A stretch of DNA of 64,000 nt, from NCBI RefSeq assembly GCF_963921235.1, contig NC_086109.1, forward strand, positions 9,922,001 to 9,986,000. The letters run 5' to 3'. The stretch is from Mobula hypostoma. Taxonomy: Eukaryota. The notes below the pieces were generated by a model. That model was not told where the DNA came from, searched no databases, and was given only the letters and a program-made list of their open reading frames with translations. The translations under genes were made by a program, and so were the position numbers. Every line of letters starts with the position of its first letter. Position 1 is the first letter of the stretch. Shown here piece after piece: positions 52,674 through 64,000 of this stretch.

Positions 52674-53251
52674 GGACTCCTTCAACTCTCGCCACAGTCT
52701 CAGCAGCTACCGATCGAGGGAATGAAGAAGAATGTGGGGTCATCCACATACCCCAACCAGTCCTGCAGACACACAACACACACATACACAGATACACACA
52801 GTGACAGTGCTCCCCAAACAGTGGACCTTACGCCCGTCCCATAGGCGCTACATAGGCTAACCTATCTGGGAGCTTCTTAACCCTCCGAGACCTCCGTACC
52901 CCCTCACCTAAACCCAAAAGGCTCAGACACTACTAGGGATACCTCGGGCCTGCTTGCCAACTCCTCTCTCACTCAGGCCACCATTACAGCTCGGAGCCCC
53001 CTGTCCCATGTCCGGGGCCCCGCTTCTTTTCATTCCTCCTGATCCTGCCGTAACTCAGACTGCCCACAGCTAGCCCTCCCCACTACACCTGACTCAGTGG
53101 GAGAAGGGCCAAAGGTCTCTTCCTCAATCACGGGGAAGTTAGCAAAAGGCAGCATGTACCACATGTCCAGCACATCATCCTTCAAATCCGTATTCTTCCT
53201 CATTCCCTCGATCGGTAGCTGCTGAGACTGTGGCGAGAGTCGAAGGAGTCC

Positions 53252-53303
53252 CCGAGGTTGCTGCGGCCACAACGCAGAGTTCTAACCACTATACGATCAC
53301 GGC
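53252..53303 (-). pseudogene. tRNA-His(GUG) 5' 52-nt fragment in the right TIR
   Basis: Reverse complement GCCGTGATCGTATAGTGGTTAGaACTCTGCGTTGTGGCCGCAGCAACCTCGG; one mismatch, at a different position from the left copy. Confidence 0.9.
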
Positions 53304-54367
53304 CGATTCACCCCCTTACACAGGCTTTTATCCCTTCTGCCCAATGAGAGTGGGTAGAAGAGAGAATGTCTGGGGTGGGAGGGTCTTTGATGATGTTGCC
53401 TGCCTTACTGAGGCAGTGAGAGGTGCAGAGAGAGTCATGGAGTGGAGGCTGGTTTCTATAATTTTTTTTTGATGACGCATAACCCAAATCTTAATGCAAC
53501 CTGAAACATTGACTATGCCTTTCCCTCCGGCATCCTGGATGCTGCCTGACCCACTGAGTTCCTCCTAAAGATAGCTCATGGTTCTAGATTCCAGCATTTG
53601 CCGTCTAATGTGTCTCCACACACAAGCCTGTGCTGCTTAACCTGGACTCAGGTGGGGAGGTAAACAGGGAGTTACATATTGGATTTTGTGGCTTCATGAA
53701 ATGGAGGTTACCAACTCAGACAACCTTGGTAGGGTCTCTGGAATCTCAAATAGAAACAGTCAGCGGGTCAAGCAGCACCTGTGGAAACAGAAACCGTGTT
53801 AATATTTCACTTCTGAGTTCAGAAAGGAAAATAGCCAAGCCCATTTTAAGTTAGTGAAAAAGAGGAGGAGGGGTGGTTAAAAAAGTGTTACCACGGAGGC
53901 AAGACAATGAAGTAGTTCCCTGCAGGTCAGCGGACAGAGAAAAACTGAGTCCAACTTAGTCCAGAAATTTTGAGTTTTTTTTTATCAGTGTGTGTGAAAA
54001 ATTTGGGTCATTTTTAAGTCTTACCCCTCTCACCGTAAACTATGCCTTCCCTATGGAAAAAAGACTTTGCCTATTTACGCAATCTATGTCCTTTATAATT
54101 TTGTAAACCTCGATAAGTTCATCCCTCATTCACAAACATCATCGCTATGTTTAAATTATGCTTTTTTCTTGTGAATATCACTTACCTGATGCTCTGTGCC
54201 TGTGATGCAACTGCAAGTAAGCTTTTCATTACACCTGTACATATCTGCAATTGTGCACATGACAAGAAACTTGTCTTTGACGTCAACCTCGGGTGGAGAG
54301 GGAGAAATAACTTCACTGCAAAGGGACTTGTTTAGGGAAAGGAATAACGCTCTTGCTTTGCTCTTAG

Positions 54368-54450
54368 GTTGTAGTTGCCACGGCGATCTCAGGGGGGCTG
54401 CACATGCCCAAAAAGTACAACATCGACATTGTGGGACAGATTCCTTTAGG
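54368..54450 (+). CDS. SLC26A9: SLC26A9 coding exon 7 (83 nt)
   Basis: VVVATAISGGLHMPKKYNIDIVGQIPL(G); ctcttag acceptor, GG|gtgagt donor. Confidence 0.96.
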
Positions 54451-54779
54451 GTGAGTAAGAACGTCTATGGTTGTTGGATCCTGGTGCTTTTGCGATCCAA
54501 AGGTTCTTTGGAAGTTAAAATGAGGCATAAAGATCATTTTATACAGTGTTAAAAGAACAAAGAACAGTAGGGAAAAGAAACATGGTAAGAGACAAAAGAG
54601 GAAAAGAGAGAAAAGTGATCTGTTCTTCTTACTCCAGACCACATATTCCATTAAAATTCCAACAGATAACAGTTAACCAATTAATTAGCTATTCAAGTCA
54701 TGTGACACCCAAAAGTTCAAAGCAATTTTATTATCAAAGTATATATATGTCACCATATGCTACTGTGAGATTTATTTTC

Positions 54780-55590
54780 CTAGACCATAAGATAGTGGAG
54801 CAGAATTAGACAAGTTAGCCCATCAAGTCTGCTCTGTCATTACATTGTGGCTGATCCATTTTCCCTCTCAGCCCCAATCTCCTGCATTCGCCCCATATCC
54901 CTTCATGCCCTGACTAATCAAGAACCTATCGAACTCTGTCTTACATATACCCAATGACTTTGCCTCCACAGCCACCTGTGCAATGAATTCCACAGATTCA
55001 CCACTCTTTAGCTACAGAAATTTCTCCTCATCTCCGTACTAAATGGATGTCCTCTATTCTGAGGATATGCCCTCTGGTCCTAGACTCCCCCATTACTGTC
55101 CACATGCGTTCTTCTGAAATCCAGTGAGCACAGGCCCAGAAGAATCAACTGGCCCTCGTATGGTAACCCTTTCATTCCTGGAATCATTCTCATGAACTGC
55201 CTCTGTACCCTCTCCAACGTCAGCGCATCCTTCCTTTGATAAGGGATCCAAAACTGTTCACAATACTGCAAGTGAGGTCTTACCAGTGCCTTATAAAGAA
55301 TCAACATTACGTCTTTTATATTCTAGTCCTCTTGGAATTAATGCTGACAACACATTTGCCTCCTCCACCATTAGCTCAGCCTGCAAAATAACCTTTAGGG
55401 AGTCCTGCACGAGGACTCCCAAGTCCCTTTGCACCCTAGATATTTGAATTTTCTCTGCATTTAGAAAATAATGTACACATATATTTTTCTACCAAAGTGC
55501 ATGACCATACACTTCCTGACACTGTATTCCAATCTTCCACTTCTTTGTCCATTCTCCCACTCTGTCTCAGTCCTTCTGCAGCCTCCCTGC
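54780..55590 (-). mobile_element. CR1-clade LINE fragment
   Basis: LYKALVRPHLQYCEQFW; (agaccata) tail. Confidence 0.85.
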
Positions 55591-57467
55591 TTTCTTTCTT
55601 GCAGACATTCACACTAGATAAGAAGAAACACAATAGAATTAATGAAAATCTATACACAAAGATGGACAACCAATCAGTGTGCAAAAGACAACAAATTGTG
55701 CAAAAACAAAGAAGTTAAACAAAATAATAATACATAATAAATAATATTGAGAATGTGAGAAGTGCAAAAATTCACTATTTCCTATAGACAGTTCAAATGT
55801 ACAGACTTAAGAGATTTTGCAGATGCTGGAATCCAGAGTAACACACACAAAATGCTTGAGGAACTCAGCAGTTCAGACAGCCTCTATGGAGAGGAATAAA
55901 GAGTTGATGTTTTGGACTGAGACCCTTCATCAGGATTGGAAAGGAAGATGGCATTAAGACTCCAGGACCAATTCAAATGGAAGTGCACAGAAGCCCAGTG
56001 TTAATGGTGGAAGATATATGTCACCCCTTCTCTGACACCCACCTATCTCCTCTCACCTGTGGCAGGAGCAGCAGGTCCCACCTTGGGTTCATGGGCCAAC
56101 ATGACCTGGGAGGAAGCCAGTCGTCATTGACCCTGAGGAGAATGCAGTTTGATGGCTGCCTTATCTCCGTGTGACACCACTTGCGTGTCTTTAAAGATTT
56201 ATCATCCTCAAGGTTAAAAATTGTGTTCTTTCATTTGAAGTGCATTTCAACCAACCCCTGCAATAAATAGAAAACCACTCGATGGTATTATCAGCAAAGT
56301 GGAAACATTTACCAGAAAAAGCTCAAAGCCTATTGTTCAGCACTTGGAACATATGACAAAGAAATACAATCCTGTTTGGAAATGATTTGATAGCGCAACA
56401 TCTGGATACAAATCTTGAAACTAATAAATCACTTCTCAAAAATCCAGGGGGAAAGATCGTGCATGACCTGACAATAGAACACATCAGACAAGTAGCCACA
56501 ACTTAATACCATGGAGAGCATTCTGACTGGTTGCTTCACCGTCTGGTATGGAGACGCCAATGCACTGGATCGGAAAAAAGTTGCAGAGGATCAGAACTCA
56601 GCCTGCTCCACCGTGAGCACTCGTATCCCCAGCATTGAGGACATCTTCAAAGAACAATGCCTCAAAAAGGTGATATCCATCATTAAGGACACCCCAGCAC
56701 CGAGGACACGCACCCTTCATCAAGGAATAGATACAGGAGCCTGAAGACACACAGTTAACATTTTAGGAACAGCTTCCTCCTCTCCACCATCAGATTTCTG
56801 AACAGAGCATGAACACAAGAAAAATACCTCAATACCTTTGTTTTCTTTTTGCACTACTTATTTCTGTTTAATATAAAGATTTCTTGTTGTTAGGTCATAG
56901 TATATTTTATTATTTCACTGTACCACCGCTGCAAAACGACAAATTTCATGGCATATGTCACTGATAATTACCCTGATTCTGATTATCTGGCATAAAGTCA
57001 GGGAGCATTTTTATTTTGAGTACAAGGTGTTGTAAAAGAAAATATTCCCGTTGATGAAGCCAGTCTTCCAAAAATTAGGCAAAATTGATGATATATCAAT
57101 CTTGTTAGAGGAAGTTTTGTTTCATTTCTCCATTGAGATCCTTCGTCTCTTGTAAAAGATGAAAAGTCTAGAAACCCTCAGCAGATCTGTCAGTGTCTGT
57201 GTAGGGAGAAACTGGACCAAGAAGTCATTAACTGAAACATTAACCCTGCTTCTCTTTCCACAGATACTGCCTGGCCTGCTGAGTGTTTACCACATTTACC
57301 AGCTCAGCCACCAAGAATCAGAATCAGAATCATTGACTTTGATGATGTGAAATTTGTTGTTTTGCAGCAACAGCAGAGAATGAAGATGTAAAAGTTACTA
57401 CTAGTTACAATAAAAATGCAAAAATAAGGAAATAGTGAGGTAGAGGCACAAGAGATTCAAGATTCAA

Positions 57468-57896
57468 CATGTTGTGCATTCAGAGATGCTCTTCTGCACA
57501 CTACTGTTGAAGTGCTTGGTTATTTGAGTTACTGTCGCATTCCTGTCAGCTTGATCCAGTCGGGCAATTCTCCTCTGACCCCTCTCATTAACAAGGCATT
57601 TTTCACCCACAGAACTTCCGCTCCTTAGATTTTCTCTAAAAACTCCAGAGACAGTTGTGCATGCAAATCCCAGATCTACAGTTTCTGAGATACTCGAACC
57701 ACCTTATCTGGCACCAACAATCATTCCACAGTCAAAGTCACTTCGATCACATTTCTTCTCCATTCTGCTGCTTGGTCTGAGCAATATTTGAACCATGTCT
57801 GCATGCTTTTAAGGATTGAGTTGTTGCCACATGATTGGCTGTTTTGATATTTGCATTAATGAGCAGGTGCACCTAATAAAGTGGCCACTGAGTGTA
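57468..57896. mobile_element. Tc1/mariner-type transposon end (one terminus)
   Basis: Ends in acctaataaagtggccactgagtg followed by TA, resembling a Tc1-like TIR with TA target; the other end was not found. Confidence 0.6.
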
Positions 57897-58339
57897 AATC
57901 CTGGAACATCTTGCTCAATAGCTCTGAGGAATCTCCTTCACGAGAAGGAACACAACAGCTGAAGAAAGGGACTCACCACCATATTCTCTAGGACAGAAAG
58001 GGATGACCAACTTATGCTGGCCTTGCCTGTGGTTCCTGCAACCCACACAAATGAAGTAACAAAGTATCCAATATTTCATCTAAAAACTTTATAAATAAAT
58101 TATTCAAAAATATATCAAAATCTGATTTCCATGTTGTCACTGTGATTGTTCTGTTAAAGTGTTCCAAAACACTGAAACTTTTTTCTCTCTCCAGAGATGC
58201 TGCCTGACCTGTTGAGTCTTTCCAACACTTTAATTTATTTTGGATCTTAGCAGTTTTGATCAACTAACTCGCAAACTTTATTTCCTCTGAGCAGTAAGTT
58301 AACATTAAACTTTTTTTTTCTCTCTCTCGTGCCTCACAG

Positions 58340-58487
58340 GATGCCTGCCCCTCAAGCTCCCAGTGTCAGCCTATGGAGTGAAATGATTGGACCTGCTATC
58401 TCACTTGCTATTGTCGGCTATGTCATTAACTTAGCAGTAGGAAGGACAATTGCCACCAGGCATGGCTATGATGTAAACGCAAGCCAG
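58340..58487 (+). CDS. SLC26A9: SLC26A9 coding exon 8 (148 nt)
   Basis: (G)MPAPQAPSVSLWSEMIGPAISLAIVGYVINLAVGRTIATRHGYDVNASQ; ctcacag acceptor, CAG|gtatat donor. Confidence 0.96.
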
Positions 58488-60730
58488 GTATATGGAGAAC
58501 TGGTTATTTCTTGCTGTTTGAAAATTAGCCACAAAATTTTACGTCGCTGCACATCCAGTATAAGTCATTTGTTTCTGACTCCAGTCCCCCAAAATGAAAC
58601 TAAAAACAAGGACAGGAGTAGTCCATTCAGCCTTTCTGCATCCATGATCTGGAGGTTGTCCGTCATGTCTGACAATGACAGAAAACTTGAGGGGGAGATG
58701 TTTTTAAAGTGGAAAAACTGTTGCACTGGGGCAGTTCCACTCTCTTGACCTTAGAAGTCCAAGTCCAGTGGTACAAGCAAGCATCACAAACTGGGGTCTT
58801 CTTCGGTTGCAGTGGATGCCCATGACGTGTTCTGTGCCTTGTCATGCCCTTTGCTCTCCACGGAACGTCGCAGAACTGCCTTCCTGGCCGTTGGATCTCA
58901 CTGTAGATCTCATCCGGCCAGTCCACCAGAGCTGACTTCACATGTCCCTAATTCACTGGATTATAAGACCACCAATTACCCTCACCTGGTTTAGCCCACC
59001 TGTCAAAGGGGTGTGGCCGCTGTCGCATGCAAACAGCTGCTTGGAGCTGCAGGTGAGAGCTGAGTTTCTGGTAGGGATCAAAAGAGAGTGAGCTGCCCAG
59101 AGAGGACACAACAAGCCCCTTCACCAGAGGTGCTGCCCCTCCCTGGACACCCCATACACCACCTTTCTACATCCATATTTTGTCTATCAAGATTCACATT
59201 TATAATGGAATGCATCGTTTGCATTAGCAACCAATCTAATCCCATAAAGGATCACAGATTATTTTATTGTACTATATACCAAGATTAAATGAAATTCCAT
59301 GTTTACAGAGCAAACATATCTGTAATAAAACATCATCTTCATGATGTGCCTTGTCGTATGACGTGGGTAATTATGGTCTTCTGACCATGATTGTTCTTGG
59401 CAAATTTTTCCACAGAGGTGGTTTGACATTGCTCTCTTCTAGCTAGTGTCTTTACAAGACAGGTGACCCTACCCATTACCTGTACTCTTCAGAATGTCTG
59501 CCTGGTGTCAGTGGTTGCATAACCAGGATTTGTGATATGCACCAGCTGCCCATACAACAATCCACCACTTGCGCCCATCGCTTAACGTGATCCTGATCAG
59601 AGGGGGTGGGGGGAGGGGGCTAACTAGGTGCTACACCTTGCCCAAGGGTGACCTGCGGGTGAGGGAGGGAAGGAGCGCCTTACACCTCCTTTGGAAGAGA
59701 CACATCTCCACCCCGTATAATAAACACAACAATAAATAGAGTGACAAGCATGAAACAACAGTGTAACGTGTGAGAGTACAATGTGAAACATTGCACAGGG
59801 AAATACTAGACGGACAATAAGAGAAGAGGTAGAATTCAGGTTTTGGGAGTGTGGGAGCACCACTGGGAGGCTTATTTTTAGGAACTGAAGAAAACATTTT
59901 AGGAATAGCTTCTTCCCCTCTGCCACCAATCCATGACTACTACCTCACTATTTTTTCTCCCTTTTTCACCATTTACTAATTTTGTATGTATCCTTCTTGT
60001 AATTTATAGTCATGTTAATGCATTGCTGTAAAGCAACACGTTTCATGACTTTTGTCAGTGATAATAAACCTGATTCTGATGTTGAATCGCCATAAGGTTA
60101 CCATAAGACAAAGGAGCAGATGTCAGCCATTCGGCCCATTGAGTCTGCTCCGCCATTTTATCATGAGCTGATCCATTCTCCCATTTAGTCCCACTCCCCT
60201 GCCTTCACATTCTGATTCTGATTGGTTCAGGAGTCTGAAGGCAGTGGGGAAGAAGTTGTTCGTATAATCTGCAATGCCCAAAAATTTACCCCCTTCCCCA
60301 AGCAGGAATATACTCAATGACTATTCACGCCCAGCTCTCCAGAATAAACCGGTAAAATGGTCTATTAGTGCCACATGTAGTGAGAAACAGTGAAAATCCT
60401 TCTTTTGCAAGGTATCCATATAGAATACTTCATCACATCAATCCTTTGAGGTTGTACAAGGGAAAAATTAAATACCAGAATGCAGAATAATTGACAAACC
60501 AGTTATGTTCATCCCTCATCCGTCCTCCTTGTAATTTGAAAACTTTCAACAAATCTCCTGAGCATTTCAACTTCCAGTTAGTACAATGTCTGGCTTGTGC
60601 AATCAATCGGTACCAGTAAATACAAATTTCTTCCAGTACTTTTTCCAATCAGTTGCACAATTCTTTGGATTTTGACCCCTCCTACTTCTTGACTGATGCT
60701 ATAACAGCTTCCGTTTCCCTTCTGTTCCAG

Positions 60731-60844
60731 GAAATGCTCGCACTGGGCTGTGGCAACTTTTTCGGAGCGTTTTTCAACATCCACGTTATCTGTTGTGCAC
60801 TGTCAGTTACTTTGGCTGTGGAAGGAGGTGGAGGGAGCTCGCAG
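60731..60844 (+). CDS. SLC26A9: SLC26A9 coding exon 9 (114 nt); gene continues beyond the window
   Basis: EMLALGCGNFFGAFFNIHVICCALSVTLAVEGGGGSSQ; IHVICCALSVTLAV matches SLC26A9 rather than other SLC26 paralogues; gttccag acceptor, CAG|gtaaat donor. Confidence 0.97.
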
Positions 60845-61045
60845 GTAAATCAATGGGTTCCTCTGCCAACAATTGTTACAGAAGCAACAGACCAAAAAGA
60901 TCAGTTGTGGTGCCATGGGGACGGACAACAGGGAATAAGACCCTTTGGCCCATCAAGTACCTGCCAACCACCAATCACTCATTTAAACCAACTCCACTCT
61001 ACCCTTCCCATATTCTCATCAATTTCCCCCAGATTCTAATCCTTG

Positions 61046-62537
61046 CCTACACACAAAGGCCAGAATACAGTGACACCGAACGTACACACGAGGGCCAGTT
61101 TACAGTGACCACTCACCTACTCAGGAGGGTCGGTTTACAGTAAACACTCACCTACACACGAGAGCCATTTACACAGATCACTCCCCTACACAGGAGGGCC
61201 AGTTTACAGTGACAACTCACCTGCACACAAGGGTGAACTTACAGCATACGCTCACTTACACACGATGGCCAGTTCAGTGATAACTCACCAACACACGATG
61301 GCCAGTTCACAGTGTACACTCACCTACACAAAATGGCCAATTCACAGTGTACACTCACCTACACACAAGGGGCAGTTTTCAGAAATCACTCAGCTACATA
61401 TGAAGCCAAGTTACAGAGATCAACGTCAACACGAGGAATTCTGCAGATGCTGGAAATTCAAGTAACACACATCAAAATTGCTGGTGAATGCAGCAGGCCA
61501 GGCAGCATCTCTAGGAAGAGATACAGTCGACATTTCGGGCTAAGACCCTTTGTCAGGACTAACTGAAGGAAGAGCTAGTAAGAGATTTGAAAGTGGGAGG
61601 GGGAGGGGGATATCCAAAATGATAGGAGAAGACAGGAGGGGGAGGGATGGAGCCAAGAGTTGGACAGGTGATTGGCAAAGGGGATATGAGAGGATCATGG
61701 GCAGGAGGCCCAGGGAGAAGGAAAAGGGAGGGGGGGGGAAACCCAGAGGGTGGGCAGGGGGTATAGTCAGAGGGACAGAGGGAGAAAAAGGAGAGAGAGA
61801 GAGAGAGAAAGAATGTGTGTGTATATAAATAAATAATGGATGGGGTACAAGGGGGAGGTGGGGCATTAGCGGAAGTTAGAGAAGTTAATGTTCATGCCAT
61901 CAGTTGGAGGCTACCCAGATGGAATATAAGCTGTTGTTCCTCCAACCTGAGTGTGGCTTCATCTGAACAGTAGAGGAGGCTGTGGATAGACATATCAGAA
62001 TGGGAATGGGATGTTGAATTAAAATGTGTGGCCATTGGGAGATGACATATCAGAATGGGAATGGTATGTGGGACCCATCCTTGTAAGCGGAACAAGTGCT
62101 ACACATGCCCTTACACTTCCTTCCTTACCACCATTCAGGGCCCCAGACAGCCCTTCCAGGTGAGGCGACACTTCATCTGTGAGTCGGCTGGGGTGATATA
62201 CTGCGTCCGGTGCTCCTGATGTGGCCTTCTATATATTGGCAAGACCCGACGCAGACTGGGAGATCATTTTGCTGAGGACCTACGCTCTGTCCGCCAGAGA
62301 AAGCAGGATCTCCCAGTGGCCACACATTTTAATTCCACATCCCATTCCCATTCTGATATGTCTATCCACGGCCTCCTCTACTGTAAAGATGAAGCCACAC
62401 TCAGGTTGGAGGAACAACACCCTATATTCCATCTGGGTAGCCTCCAACCTGATGGCATGAACATTGACTTCTCTAACTTCCGCTAATCCCCCGCCTCTCC
62501 CTTGTACCCCATCTGTTATTTATTTATATACACACAT

Positions 62538-62569
<32 letters not shown>

Positions 62570-63008
62570 CTTTTTCTCCCTTTGTCCCTCTGACTATACC
62601 CCTTGCCCATCCTCTGGGTTTTTTGCCCCCCTCTCCCTTTTCCTTCTCCCTGGGCCTCCTGTCCCACGATCCTCTCATATCCCTTTTGCCAATCACCTGT
62701 CCAACTCTTGGCTCCATCCCCCCCCCCTCCTGTCTTCTCCTATCATTTTGGATCTCCCCCCTCCCACTTTCAAATCTCTTACTAGCTCTTCCTTCAGTTA
62801 GTCCTGACAAAGGGTCTCGGCCCAAAACGTCAACTGTACCTCTTCCTAGAGATGCTGCCTGGCCTGCTGCGTTCAGCAGCAACTTTGATGTGTGTAACAG
62901 AGATCAATTAACCTACACACGATGGTCAGTGTACAGTGTTCACTCACCTTCACACAAGGTGACCACTCACCTGGACTTGAGGGTCAGTTTACAGTGACTA
63001 ATTAACCC
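61046..63008. repeat. ~35-bp minisatellite (~14 degenerate units) split by a Penelope insertion
   Basis: Unit approximately agggccagtttacagtgaccactcacctacacacg at 61046-61423, resuming at 62908-63008. Confidence 0.85.
61424..62896. mobile_element. Penelope-like element in inverted (fold-back) arrangement
   Basis: 3' end on the minus strand (~61430-62042) and a GIY-YIG/3' region on the plus strand (~62075-62895); flanking direct repeat acagagatcaa at 61413-61423 / 62897-62907; same subfamily as 42578-44008. Confidence 0.87.
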
Positions 63009-64000
63009 ACCAACCCACACATCTCTGGAGACATTGGATGTCAGACTAAGAAGTAAGGACTAAATGCAAGGTTTTGAACTGAAAAATCAAAAATCGCTTC
63101 CCCAACCCCTTCACCCCCAACCTAGGAGTTGTTCAGCCAGCTGAATTCCTCCAGCAGTTGGTTTGTTACACACACCTTCCAAATATGGGAGGAAACTGGA
63201 GCAACCAGGAGAAAAATCCCCAGTATCACAGGGGCGGTGTGGAAACTCCACGAAGATTGCATGGGGGTGGTCAGAACTGAAACAAGAAATCTGATTGGTG
63301 GAGTGGGATATGACATCACCTTTATTTGCATTTCTTACCATGTCTCCCAGAACCATTAGGGTGTTGCCTAGACATTAACCTTGGTCACCATACTATAAAC
63401 ATTTTAAACCACTTTTTATAAAACTGTTTACATTGTAAGTACATGCTGGTATTTATGTATTTATGCACATTTTATTCCATCTCCAAACTTTAGCCTCGAA
63501 CTTCATTTTTTATAGAGTTCTTTATTCTTATAATTGTTGAATATTGATGTTGTTTGTTGTATGTTGCTCCCTGACCAACACATCACAGCAAATTCCTAGT
63601 ACATGTACATGTTTATTGTAGAAAAAGAATTCAACCTTGATCCTTAATCCTTGATCTATGAACCTTAATTCTAGACCGGAGGACTTTACTTACGATGAGA
63701 GTCTGAATAAGCTGTGTCTGTTTTCCCTGGTGTGAAGGAGGTCAAGGGGTTACCTCATAGAGGTTTATAAAATTATAAACACAAGAGATCCTGCAGATGC
63801 TGGAAATCCAGAGTTACACATATAAAATACTGGAAGAGCTCAGCAGGTGTGGCAGCATCTATGGAGAGGGAAAAGGAGCCAATGTTTCTGGTTTCTTTCC
63901 CCTTCAATCCAGTCCTGACAAAGGGACACACCCTGAAAACATTGGCTCTTTATTCCTCCCCACAGATGTTCCCTGACCCGCTGAATTCCTCCAGCATTTT

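Larger units (their letters stand above)
52605..53320. mobile_element. 716-bp TGT..ACA element with 133-bp TIRs containing tRNA-His; Gypsy/Ginger-integrase-related, non-autonomous
   Basis: TIRs 52605-52737 and 53188-53320 (6 mismatches by eye); 4-bp TSD cagg (52601-52604 / 53321-53324); inserted into a Rex-like LINE tail (gtgctttCAGGctttta). Confidence 0.85.

Noticed and set aside
52622..52695. Functional tRNA-His gene
   Set aside because: The match stops at nt 52; there is no intact T-arm or 3' acceptor strand, and the sequence is duplicated as part of a TIR.
58329..58748. Stand-alone ORFs overlapping SLC26A9 exons (also 47193-47525, 60653-61039, 50544-50837)
   Set aside because: Homology ends exactly at GT donors; the remainder is intron read-through.
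61046..61423. CRISPR-like array
   Set aside because: Units are contiguous and degenerate with no unique spacers; vertebrate context, no cas genes.
60850..64000. Next SLC26A9 exon (expected VASL...-like)
   Set aside because: No matching spliceable segment found; it presumably lies beyond the window.

Overview
Vertebrate genomic DNA, probably from a cartilaginous fish (inferred from the V-SINE/HE1-like SINEs and CR1-, Rex1/Babar- and Penelope-type repeats). The window is dominated by transposable elements. The only host protein-coding gene found is SLC26A9 on the + strand: nine coding exons (31018-60844, 404 codons) with canonical GT-AG introns and consistent phases; the 3' half of the gene lies beyond the window. 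A possible TATA promoter and non-coding first exon sits near 1.7-1.9 kb. Most notable is a 716-bp TGT..ACA element with a 4-bp TSD, whose 133-bp terminal inverted repeats each carry the 5' 52 nt of tRNA-His(GUG) and which encloses a decayed Gypsy-integrase-like tail. Also notable: many Penelope-derived minimal hammerhead-ribozyme motifs, often in fold-back insertions, one apparently intact and sense within an SLC26A9 intron; a perfect 36-bp-arm hairpin; nested hAT/Rex1/PLE insertions; and a SINE-derived 35-bp minisatellite. TE boundaries without a stated TSD are approximate, and family assignments come from motif recognition, not database searches.
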